32,000 nt of DNA from Mycobacterium leprae TN. GTDB lineage: Bacteria; Actinomycetota; Actinomycetes; Mycobacteriales; Mycobacteriaceae. The position numbers and the translations under genes are program-made. Within the stretch, counting starts at the first letter, position 1, and each line of letters starts with the position of its first letter. Below the pieces are notes generated by a model, which was given only the letters and a program-made list of their open reading frames with translations, ran no database searches and had not been told where the DNA came from. The DNA is taken from the NCBI RefSeq assembly GCF_000195855.1, contig NC_002677.1, forward strand, positions 630,001-662,000. Reading direction: 5' to 3'. This document shows positions 1 to 10,100 of this stretch, one piece after another.

Positions 1-652
<652 letters not shown>

Positions 653-653
<1 letters not shown>

Positions 654-1090
654 TGACGATGGTTAACATCATCAACGGTCCGAACCTGGGCCGGCTGGGT
701 CGGCGTGAACCCGATGTCTATGGCAGCACCACCCACGAACAGCTGTCGGCTCTGATTGAGCGTGCGGCTGTCGAATTTGGGATCAAAGCTGTTGTGCGGC
801 AAAGTGATAGTGAGTCACAGCTACTGGATTGGATCCATCTGGCCGCTGATGCTGGAGAACCGGTTATCCTCAACGCCGGCGGCTTGACGCACACGTCAGT
901 GGCGCTGCGCGACGCGTGCGCTGAATTAAGCGCACCGTTTATTGAGGTGCACATCTCTAATGTGCATGCCCGCGAGGAGTTTCGGCGTCATTCCTATCTC
1001 AGCCCGCTAGCGACAGGAGTGATTACCGGGCTGGGAGTCCAAGGCTACCTGCTTGCCTTGCGCTATCTGGCTGAGATAGCTGGGAACTAA
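653..1090 (+). CDS. aroQ: type II 3-dehydroquinate dehydratase
   Basis: [36 protein letters not shown] and [18 protein letters not shown] are type II dehydroquinase motifs. Called aroD in mycobacterial annotation. Stop/start overlap with aroB. Confidence 0.97.
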
Positions 1091-1095
1091 TCTTT

Positions 1096-1139
1096 TTTCG
1101 GGATATCACGCGTCTCCTTATTTCGGGATATCATGCGTC
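1096..1139. repeat. two near-identical 19-bp direct repeats, TTTCGGGATATCAcGCGTC / TTTCGGGATATCAtGCGTC, 25-bp period
   Basis: Read directly at 1096-1114 and 1121-1139, in the gap between convergent genes. Confidence 0.9.
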
Positions 1140-1178
1140 GCGGTGGCGTAGGTGCGGATCATCTCGATGGGAGTGTCG

Positions 1179-1787
1179 TCACGCTCGCTGGTGGTAGATT
1201 ATCTCGGTGGGTGCCTCGCTTTCGGCTGTGGCAACTGCCGCGGTCTGTTCCTTAGTTTGCGCCGCGGAGAGCTCTCCGGTCGGTGTGTCGTCGTCGGTGC
1301 AGACAGCTGCGAAGACATTACTGTCAGCTCGGTTTTGTCCGGATCTACTATGCTCGGGTACTGGCGGGCTCCTGCGGTCAACACGCCAACGACCACATGC
1401 CACACCGATGATCCCAGTTAGAAAAACAATCAGAGCGGTGAACGCAGAGAACGTGGTTAACTCACTTACCAGCCCTCCAGTATAGATACCATTATACAAC
1501 AGCGAAATGACCCAGGCCACCGCGTCGCTGAGGACTCCCACTAGGATGCCGGTTAGCAGCCAGGTCATCGCCAGATCCCGGCGTCGGTCCGGATCCGGGT
1601 TCGCGATGGCGTCGGCACGGCCGTCGCGCGCCGCCCACACAACCACCGCGATGATGAACACGGCCAGCAGTACCACGCTGATTAACACTGACTGCGCTTG
1701 CCACACGTTGATCATCGTCCCCTGCATCAGGCGGACAACGATCATCAGGGCGGCAAACACCAAACCGCGCAGCATCCAGTTATTCAT
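1179..1787 (-). CDS. conserved mycobacterial membrane protein, Rv2536-like by position
   Basis: 202-aa ORF with several hydrophobic segments (GLVFAALMIVVRL, SVLISVVLLAVFIIAVVVW, WLLTGILVGVLSDAVAWVISL, ALIVFLTGIIGVACG) and a hydrophilic C-terminus. It lies between aroQ and pepQ, the conserved position. Confidence 0.75.
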   Translation of the reverse strand: MNNWMLRGLVFAALMIVVRLMQGTMINVWQAQSVLISVVLLAVFIIAVVVWAARDGRADAIANPDPDRRRDLAMTWLLTGILVGVLSDAVAWVISLLYNGIYTGGLVSELTTFSAFTALIVFLTGIIGVACGRWRVDRRSPPVPEHSRSGQNRADSNVFAAVCTDDDTPTGELSAAQTKEQTAAVATAESEAPTEIIYHQRA

Positions 1788-1820
1788 GAGTCCTCAGCGT
1801 AGCGAGTAGCGTCAACAGCT

Positions 1821-2951
1821 ATGACACATTCCCAGCGTCGAGACAATCTCAAGTCACAAATCGCGACCACCGGGCTGGACGCGATGCTGGTGACGTGCCT
1901 GATCAATGTGCGCTACCTGTCAGGTTTCACTGGATCGAACGGTGCTTTGCTGGTGTTCGCCGACGAACGCGGCGCTGTGCTCGCCACCGACGGCCGTTAC
2001 CGGACTCAGGCTGCGCAGCAAGTACCCGAGCTCGAGGTCGCCATCGAGCAGTCCTGCGGGCGCTATTTGGCTGGCCGGGCAGCCGACGACGGCGTGTGCA
2101 TACTAGGCTTTGAAAGCCATGTGGTCACGGTCGACGGCCTGGACGCGTTGACCGGCGAGCTCGAAGGCCGGCACACCGAGTTGGTGCGTGCCCCTGGAAC
2201 CGTGGAGGTGCTGCGCGAGGTCAAGGATGCTGGTGAGCTTGCGTTGCTGCGGTTGGCCGCCGAGGCGGCTGATGCCGCGCTGACGGAGCTGGTGGCGCGT
2301 GGCGGAGTGCGGCCCGGTCTTACCGAACGTGAGGTGGGCCGCGAGTTGGAGGGGTTGATGCTCGACCACGGCGCTGACGCGCTGTCGTTCGAGACGATTG
2401 TGGCCGCCGGGCCGAATTCGGCTATCCCGCACCACCGGCCGACCGACACGGTGCTGGCGGCGGGCGATTTCGTCAAGATCGACTTTGGTGCGCTAGTAGC
2501 TGGATATCACTCCGACATGACTCGCACCTTTGTGCTGGGCCCGGCTGCTGACTGGCAGCTGGAAATCTATCAACTGGTCGCCGATGCGCAACGTGCAGGT
2601 CGGAAGGCGTTGCGGCCGGGTGCCAACCTGCGTGACGTGGACGCAGCGGCACGCCAACTGATCGTCGACGCGGGCTACGGCCAACAGTTCAGCCACGGTT
2701 TGGGCCACGGCGTGGGCCTGGAAATCCACGAAGCGCCGGGTATCGGGACTACCTCTGCCGGTACACTACTCGCAGGTTCCGTCGTGACCGTGGAGCCCGG
2801 TGTCTACTTATCTGGCCGAGGCGGTGTCCGGATCGAGGATACACTGGTGGTGGCCGCTAAAGGAACGTCAGAGACGCCGATAACTTCTAGACCCACCGGG
2901 TTCATTCCGGAATTGTTGACCCGGTTCCCTAAAGAACTGGCAATCCTGTAG
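1821..2951 (+). CDS. pepQ: Xaa-Pro dipeptidase/aminopeptidase-family M24 peptidase
   Basis: VKIDFGALVAGYHSDMTRTFVLG, FSHGLGHGVGLEIHEAPGIG, TVEPGVYLSGRGGVRIEDTL: M24 metal-ligand motifs. Full-length ORF. Confidence 0.95.
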   Translation: MTHSQRRDNLKSQIATTGLDAMLVTCLINVRYLSGFTGSNGALLVFADERGAVLATDGRYRTQAAQQVPELEVAIEQSCGRYLAGRAADDGVCILGFESHVVTVDGLDALTGELEGRHTELVRAPGTVEVLREVKDAGELALLRLAAEAADAALTELVARGGVRPGLTEREVGRELEGLMLDHGADALSFETIVAAGPNSAIPHHRPTDTVLAAGDFVKIDFGALVAGYHSDMTRTFVLGPAADWQLEIYQLVADAQRAGRKALRPGANLRDVDAAARQLIVDAGYGQQFSHGLGHGVGLEIHEAPGIGTTSAGTLLAGSVVTVEPGVYLSGRGGVRIEDTLVVAAKGTSETPITSRPTGFIPELLTRFPKELAIL

Positions 2952-2966
2952 GAGACTCAGTACACT

Positions 2967-3530
2967 GTGGCGACCACTGCCGACTTCAAGAATGGGCTTG
3001 TGCTGGTAATCGATGGACAGCTTTGGACAATCATCGGGTTCCAGCACGTCAAACCTGGCAAAGGCCCGGCCTTCGTGCGTACTAAGCTTAAAAATGTCCT
3101 GTCCGGCAAGGTCGTCGACAAGACGTATAACGCTGGGGTGAAGGTGGATACGGCCACCGTTGACCGGCGTGACACGACCTATCTGTACCGCGATGGTGCT
3201 AACTTTGTGTTCATGGACAGCCAAGACTACGAGCAGCATCCGCTGCCGGAGTCTCTGGTTGGCGATACTGCCCGGTTTCTGTTGGAGGGCATGTCGGTGC
3301 AGGTGGCGTTCCACAACGGTGTGCCATTGTACGTCGAGCTGCCGGTGACCGTCGAACTAGAGGTCACGCACACCGAGCCGGGATTGCAGGGTGACCGGTC
3401 CAGTGCCGGAACCAAGCCGGCAACTTTGGAGACCGGCGCTCAGATAAATGTTCCGCTGTTCATTAATACCGGCGACAAGCTCAAGGTGGATTCACGCGAC
3501 GGCAGCTACCTGGGACGTGTGAACGTCTGA
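2967..3530 (+). CDS. efp: translation elongation factor P
   Basis: [60 protein letters not shown] start. C-terminus [20 protein letters not shown]. Confidence 0.98.
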
Positions 3531-3532
3531 TC

Positions 3533-4105
3533 ATGTCTAATCCGGTCAAGGGACGCCATCAGGCCCGTAAGCGTGCCGTCGACCTGTTGTTCGAAGCCGA
3601 GGCCCGCGATCTGAGCCCACTCGAGATAATCGAGGTTCGTAGCGCATTGGCGAAATCCAAGCTGGATGTAGCGCCGCTGCATCCGTATACGGTCGTGGTA
3701 GCCCAAGGTGTTAGCGAGCACACCGCCCGTATTGACGAACTGATAATCTCGCATCTACAAGGCTGGAAGCTCGATCGGCTGCCAGCAGTGGATCGCGCCA
3801 TTTTGCGAGTCTCGATATGGGAGCTGCTATACGCTGACGATGTGCCCGAACCGGTCGCTGTCGACGAGGCGGTCGAGCTGGCCAAGGAGCTGTCTACTGA
3901 CGACTCACCTGGCTTCGTCAACGGATTGCTGGGCAAAGTTATGCTGGTTACGCCGCAGATCCGTGCGGCCGCTCAAGCAGTCCAGCAGGCGGTGCGCATG
4001 GCTGCCGGTACTTCCGAGGATCACGTACCGCAGCGTGAGCCGGCTGCTGGCCAATTGGGTCAGGACGATTCGAACGGCGGCCAAGTCGCTGCTGTCTGCC
4101 GGTGA
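3533..4105 (+). CDS. nusB: transcription antitermination factor NusB
   Basis: [73 protein letters not shown]. Immediately downstream of efp. Confidence 0.97.
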
Positions 4106-4642
4106 TGGTCGCGATCATGGGTTTGACGCAGGGTGTGCTAAGTTCGCCCAGCGATGTCACTGGCCTGTTTGCGCGCCGTTGGGAGCTTCCAGTTCCGCGC
4201 TGGATTGAGAACCCGTTGGCCAATTGGAGCGCTCGGCGGATCCTGGATAGTGAAGGCTGTGGCGTCGAACTGGATCACTGAACCGAGCCAGTCGAGTCGA
4301 GTCTACTACATGATCGCGCATTGAGTGCTGACGAGTCACAGTATTTGCTGGACTTGGCAAAATGGATCGGGCCACGCCTTGGACGGAAGCGGAATGAAAC
4401 CCGATGCGGACAACCGGTTTTTTTTGCGTCGCCGTCGACGAACTCGAATGCCCTATGGGTGCGATGGACGAACCAGCCGTCACGGCGTGCACAGTCCGCT
4501 ACCACACTTGGGCCACGTCCACGTCGCCCCCTGCATGGTAAGTGACATGCACAAATACTGGTACCGGTCCTTGTTCCCTTATCGCCCGTGATAATTACGA
4601 GTTGCCCCGACGGCGGTTACCCGCACCAGAAGAGGTTACGAT

Positions 4643-7495
4643 ATGAATCGAGACAGTGGCCATCCGCGACGACTTCGTGTTTCCGCGCTGGCGGCAGTAG
4701 CCAACCCGTCATACACGCGCATTGACACGTGGAACGTGCTCGATGACGCCTGCCGTCACTTGGCTGAGGTCGACCGCGCCGGGCTGGACACCGCCCACGA
4801 TGTTGCGCGTGTTAAGCGTTTGCTCGACCGCATCGGTGCCTACGAACGGTACTGGCTGTACCCTGGTGCGGCAAATCTGGCGGCGTTCCGCGGCTATCTT
4901 GCCACCATGGCGACGGTTCAGCTTACCGAAGAGGTATCGCTGGCCGTCCGTCTGTTGTCTGAATATGGTGACCGCACAGCGCTTTTTGATACTTCAGCGC
5001 CGCTGGCCGACCAGGAGCTGGTGGCCCAAGCCAAGCAGCAACAGTTCTACACCGTGTTGCTCGCCGACGATGCCCCATCCACGGCTCCCGACTGTCTGGC
5101 AGAGAGCTTGCGGGAGCTGCGCAATCCATCCGACGATGTGCAGTTCGAGCTCCTTGTTGTGTCCAGTGTTGAGGACGCCATCACCGCGGTCGCGCTGAAC
5201 GGCGAGATTCAGGCTGCGATCATCCGCCATGACCTGCCACTGCGGTCCCGCGACCGGGTGCCGTTGATGAATACCTTGCTTGGGGCCAACGACTCGGAGG
5301 GCGCACTGGTCACCATTGACCGCCCACACGACTGGGTCGAATGCGGTGAGTGGATCAGGGAGCTGCGGCCCCATATCGACCTCTATCTGCTCACCGACGA
5401 GTCGATCGCGGCGGGCAATGATGACGAGCCCGATGTCTACGACCGGACGTTTTATCGACTCAACGACGTTACCGACCTAAACAGCACCGTACTTGCAGGC
5501 TTGCGAAACCGTTTCGCCACACCATTTTTCGATGCCTTGCGCGCCTACGCAGCAGCACCGGTCGGCCAATTCCATGCTCTTCCGGTCGCGCGTGGTGCCA
5601 GTATCTTTAACTCTAGGTCGCTGCAAGACATGGGCGAGTTCTACGGTCGGAACATCTTCATGGCCGAGACATCGACCACCTCTGGTGGCCTGGATTCGTT
5701 GCTGGATCCGCACGGCAACATCAAAAAAGCGATGGACAAAGCCGCAGTTACTTGGCGCGCCAACCACACCTACTTTGTCACCAACGGAACTTCCACAGCC
5801 AACAAAATCGTCGTACAGTCGTTGACCCGGCCAGGTGACATTGTACTTATAGACCGCAACTGCCACAAGTCGCACCATTATGGCCTGGTATTGGCTGGTG
5901 CATACCCGATGTACTTGGATGCTTATCCGTTGCCGCAGTTCGCGATCTATGGAGCGGTATCGCTGCGCACAATCAAGAAGGCGCTGCTGGATCTAGAGGC
6001 AGTCCGACAACTGGATCGGGTCCGCATGTTGTTGCTCACCAACTGCACTTTTGATGGCGTCGTCTGTAACCCGCAGCGGGTAATGGAGGAGGTGCTGGCG
6101 ATCAAGCCAGACATTTGCTTCCTATGGGACGAGGCGTGGTATGCGTTTGCCACTGCCGTGCCGTGGGCTCGTCAGCGGACCGCAATGGTGTCTGCTGAGC
6201 AACTCGAACAGAAGTTGTGGTCTGTCGAATACGCCGAGGAATATCGGAATTGGTGCGCATCGATGGCCGAGATCCCTCGGTCCCAGTGGGTTGACCAGCG
6301 GCTACTGCCGGACCCCAATCGGGCGCGGATTCGCGTATATGCGACACACTCTACTCACAAGTCGCTGTCGGCGCTTCGGCAGGCGTCGATGATTCATGTC
6401 CGCGATCAAGATTTCAATGCGCTAGCCCGGGATGCGTTCGGTGAGGCATTCTTGACGCACACCTCGACATCGCCGAACCAACAACTTCTCGCGTCGTTGG
6501 ATCTGGCGCGCCGCCAGGTTGACATCGAGGGATTTCAACTGGTCCGGCTGGTGTACGACATGGCGCTGGTCTTTCGTCACCGCGTCCGCAAAGACCGGCT
6601 GATCAGCAAATGGTTCCGTATCCTCGATGAATCCGACCTGGTGCCCGACGAGTACCGGGCATCGGCGGTCAGCTCGTACCGTCAGGTTCGGCAGGGTGCT
6701 CTGGCGGAGTGGAATGAGGCATGGCGGTCCGACCAGTTCGTGCTGGATCCGACGAGGGTCACCTTGTTCGTCGGGAAGACCGGAATGAACGGATATGACT
6801 TCCGCGAGAAGATCTTGATGGAGCGATTCGGCATACAGATCAACAAGACATCCATCAACAGTGTGCTGTTGATCTTCACCATCGGTGTCACGTGGTCGAG
6901 CGTGCATTATCTGCTAGATGTGTTACGCCGGGTGGCCAGTGACTTTGACAGGATTCAGAAGGTGGCCAGCGGGGCCGACCTCGCGCTGCATCAGCGCCAT
7001 GTTGAGGAGATCACCCAGGATTTGCCCCACTTGCCCGACTTCAGCGAGTTCGATGTTGCCTTCCGTCCCGAAAATGCCAGCTCGTTCGGTGACATGCGGT
7101 CGGCCTTCTACGCCGGGTACGAAGAATCGGACCGCGAGTACGTGCATATCGGCACGGCCGGGCGTCAGCTTGCTGAGGGGAGGACCCTGGTGTCCACCAC
7201 GTTCGTGGTGCCCTACCCGCCCGGCTTCCCGGTACTAGTCCCTGGTCAGGTGGTTTCTAAGGAGATAATCTACTTCTTGGCTCAGCTCGACGTGAAGGAA
7301 ATTCACGGATACAACCATGAACTGGGATTATCAGTATTCACTGAGAAAGCGTTGGCTCGGATGATCGCGAGGCGCAACGCGGCGTCGGCCGCGGTGGGTT
7401 CTGCGTTCGCGGCTTTCGAGATCCCATCGGACTCTGCTGCTATGGGCGGGGACGTGAACGGCGACAGAGTCGAGGCTGTTGCAGAAGACGCGTGA
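4643..7495 (+). CDS. adi: large Orn/Lys/Arg decarboxylase-family, PLP-dependent protein (950 aa)
   Basis: Uninterrupted ORF. AETSTTSGGLDSLLDPHGNIKKAMDKAA, FVTNGTSTANKIVVQSL, FLWDEAWYAF and THSTHKSLSALRQASMI (putative Schiff-base Lys573, codon 6359-6361) match fold-type I decarboxylases. Similar to M. tuberculosis Rv2531c as recalled. Confidence 0.93.
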   Translation: MNRDSGHPRRLRVSALAAVANPSYTRIDTWNVLDDACRHLAEVDRAGLDTAHDVARVKRLLDRIGAYERYWLYPGAANLAAFRGYLATMATVQLTEEVSLAVRLLSEYGDRTALFDTSAPLADQELVAQAKQQQFYTVLLADDAPSTAPDCLAESLRELRNPSDDVQFELLVVSSVEDAITAVALNGEIQAAIIRHDLPLRSRDRVPLMNTLLGANDSEGALVTIDRPHDWVECGEWIRELRPHIDLYLLTDESIAAGNDDEPDVYDRTFYRLNDVTDLNSTVLAGLRNRFATPFFDALRAYAAAPVGQFHALPVARGASIFNSRSLQDMGEFYGRNIFMAETSTTSGGLDSLLDPHGNIKKAMDKAAVTWRANHTYFVTNGTSTANKIVVQSLTRPGDIVLIDRNCHKSHHYGLVLAGAYPMYLDAYPLPQFAIYGAVSLRTIKKALLDLEAVRQLDRVRMLLLTNCTFDGVVCNPQRVMEEVLAIKPDICFLWDEAWYAFATAVPWARQRTAMVSAEQLEQKLWSVEYAEEYRNWCASMAEIPRSQWVDQRLLPDPNRARIRVYATHSTHKSLSALRQASMIHVRDQDFNALARDAFGEAFLTHTSTSPNQQLLASLDLARRQVDIEGFQLVRLVYDMALVFRHRVRKDRLISKWFRILDESDLVPDEYRASAVSSYRQVRQGALAEWNEAWRSDQFVLDPTRVTLFVGKTGMNGYDFREKILMERFGIQINKTSINSVLLIFTIGVTWSSVHYLLDVLRRVASDFDRIQKVASGADLALHQRHVEEITQDLPHLPDFSEFDVAFRPENASSFGDMRSAFYAGYEESDREYVHIGTAGRQLAEGRTLVSTTFVVPYPPGFPVLVPGQVVSKEIIYFLAQLDVKEIHGYNHELGLSVFTEKALARMIARRNAASAAVGSAFAAFEIPSDSAAMGGDVNGDRVEAVAEDA

Positions 7496-9061
7496 TTTGG
7501 TCTCCTGTCTCAAAGCGATGTTCTGGAAGGGTGCGTAACATCGCGCAGCCAGGCGGCCATTCGGTCGGTGTGATGATTTCTGGCCTTGCACGAAGCCCGC
7601 TTCGTCCAGGTGGGGTTGTCGAGGTCGACGGGTTGCCCGTCTTGGATGTCCCGCAGCCTGCCCCCTAGGGTGACTTCCGAGGATATCGCGCGTGACCTTT
7701 GAAAAGGATGCGTGACAGCCCTGTTCGACGTGAATGTGCAAGTTTACCTGCGTTGGGCGCTGGAATTCGACGCTGCATAGTCGGGCAATTCGATCGTGGA
7801 GGGTGTGATGAATCATTTCCGCTCGGCGAACAGCCGGAACAACGGCCAGCGCTGCATGTACTTTGTCATCACCGCGGTAATGGCGATGTCGGAAGCGTAC
7901 CGTGTCAGATAGCCGTTGATGTCGTTCGGTAGTTTATGGCACCTGTCCACCTAGGGCCGCATCATCGTCTGACAGCGGTCCAGAGCGGTCGCCAGTGGTT
8001 TCCGGGATTAGATTGCCCTCGCCTTTTTAACCTACGGTGTCGGCGTAGCCCAATTCGTGGTCAACAAGTACGCGCCGACCAAGGCTTAGGCCTGGTGTCC
8101 ATGCCTCTCAGTGGTAACGTGCAGTAGCCGGTGTCTCCGACCAGCGTGACGCGTACAGCAGACTAGATGTTCATGTGTACCTGGGCTAACGCGTCGAAAT
8201 AGAAGTCGTTGGCTACACGTGCAGCGACAACTAGTGCATGGGATTGTCTACCGGACACCGGCGAACCGGGCGGCTAGCAGGTTGCGTTGGCCGCTAGGGT
8301 TACTATATAGATAGTAAGCGGAACGCGGGCTCCCCGTCATTAGCGATATTAGCGATCGTCCGGTCATCCGTCGGTCGTATCGATATATTACGCTTACCGG
8401 GTGCCTGATACATAAACCAGCTGTCCAGGCCGACGGTGTCGGGACCGATGAACCAGGCGTTGTAGCCGCCCAGCCGCCTCACGAAATTTTCCTCGAGGCT
8501 GGAAGGGCAGCCGTTGCACCGCTGAATGCGGCCCGTCGGCTCTGACCACCAGGTTGGTCGCGCGCCGTCGTGTTGTCGGATAACGTCACCACCACGTCCT
8601 CGGATAGCGTTGTCTTTGGTTGCCAACCCCATTATGCGGGTGCCGGTTCGGTACTTAGTGTTGACTGCAGTGGCCTGATACAGCGCGTAGGCCAGGTCCT
8701 TGCGAAGGATCTTTAGGTTTGTTGACTATGTCTGTTGCCGCAGAATACTTCGACCGGAATTTCGCTGCGGCGTCGCCTGTCGGTGGTTATCGAGGTGATG
8801 TTCCGCTGGTCGAGGTTGCGCTTGCACATGCCGTCCGTTAGGCTCATCCGCTCGACGACCGATGTCACCGCGCCGTGCAGGTCGACGGTCTGGCCGCTCG
8901 GGTGGATGCCGTCGGCGATCTCAAGCACCACTATGTGGTAACTGGTCCGGTTGAGGGGCAGGGCCAGCTATGCCTGGGCCGCTGATCAGAACTGTCGGCT
9001 TTGATATGGGGCTTAGCTTGTGGCACGGCCTCTGCTTGTTCAGAAATGCTTCGCTATGACG

Positions 9062-9093
9062 AGTATTCGTTCAATGGGGCCAGTATTCGTTCA
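9062..9093. repeat. two exact 12-bp direct repeats AGTATTCGTTCA with 20-bp period
   Basis: Read directly at 9062-9073 and 9082-9093 in non-coding DNA. Confidence 0.9.
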
Positions 9094-9599
9094 TCGGGTA
9101 TGCGAATCAGTTATTGTTGGTGACCTGGGAAAGTTGGAAAATTTCTTAGATGGTGTAAGCCAGGGTGTAATGATTGTTGTAGTAGACGGCTTAGAAACCG
9201 CTTTGATGTAGCCTGGAATTCAGTGATGTGATGACGATCATCGGGACGTGGTTGCCTTGATTGTTGATGCTCAGCAACAGTTTTTTGGAATCTTAATTTC
9301 ATGTCATGAGAATGGCAGAACTTTACGTCATGAATCATGAATGGGGGAAAATTTATGATCTTTGGTATCATGTCCGCGAGGAAACTGTCGCCGAAGGAGA
9401 CATCGCTTTATAATTTCCGATTTAATTGTGGATAAAGAGGAGTTAGTTATTATTTTCCATATCCCGCGCTCTACTAGCAGCAAATCACACGAATTTCAGG
9501 GCAGTGACAGCCTAAGCGAGATTCACAGTCATTTTCGAAAACAGTAACATGTGTTTTTCGTAGCGGGTAACGTTGGAGGAAACGTTACAGAAAATCAGA

Positions 9600-10100
9600 A
9601 ATGCTACTTCGTGGCGTAGCATAGCCGGGCCGGGGTGCATGAAAACATCGCTGCGGCATGGCTTCCACGTAGTCAGTTCATGTCTTGCCCGCCGCTTCGA
9701 TGTTGCCTGCCAGGTTGGTCATAGCAGTCCGCGTGGCAGTTCCAGTTGATACCGAAGTCAGATCCACCACTGACTGCCGTGTAGTTCGGGTCGCTGGGAT
9801 TGAGCCCGGGCATAGGCATAGTAATTTGATCCCATATCCGTAGGCGTTGATGAGGCTGCTTGATGCTTGATGTAGGGCGCGTTGGGGCTGCCGATGATGT
9901 CCTTTCACGCCATGGTTTTCCAGGTAAACCACGAATATGTGATCAAGAAAACCCCACCATCGACACCGGTGTTGTGGATGGGGGGCGGGGAGTAATGCAC
10001 CGATGGTGAAACGACAGATTACCGGTGTAGACGTAGTTATAGCTTCACTAGCAACTGGGTTGCGATCTCTCACGGTCACGACCACAAACCGCACTGGCGG
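9600..10100 (-). pseudogene. relic of a PF04185-like phosphoesterase (acid phosphatase / phospholipase C-like)
   Basis: Minus-strand pieces in different frames: FLDHIFVVYLENHG, IIGSPNAPYI, INAYGYG, HPSDPNYTAV.GGSDFGINWNCHADC, NIEAAGKT*TDYVEAMPQRCF. Order and spacing match this family, but there are frame changes and a stop. Confidence 0.7.

Noticed and set aside
2063-2476. Antisense ORFs opposite pepQ (also 2103..2435 and 2493..2729)
   Set aside because: They overlap a strongly supported CDS on the other strand. Low-complexity Ser/Arg/Ala composition is typical of mirror frames in GC-rich genomes.
3840-4208. 122-aa plus-strand ORF overlapping nusB
   Set aside because: Alternate frame of nusB. 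The nusB frame is clearly the coding one.
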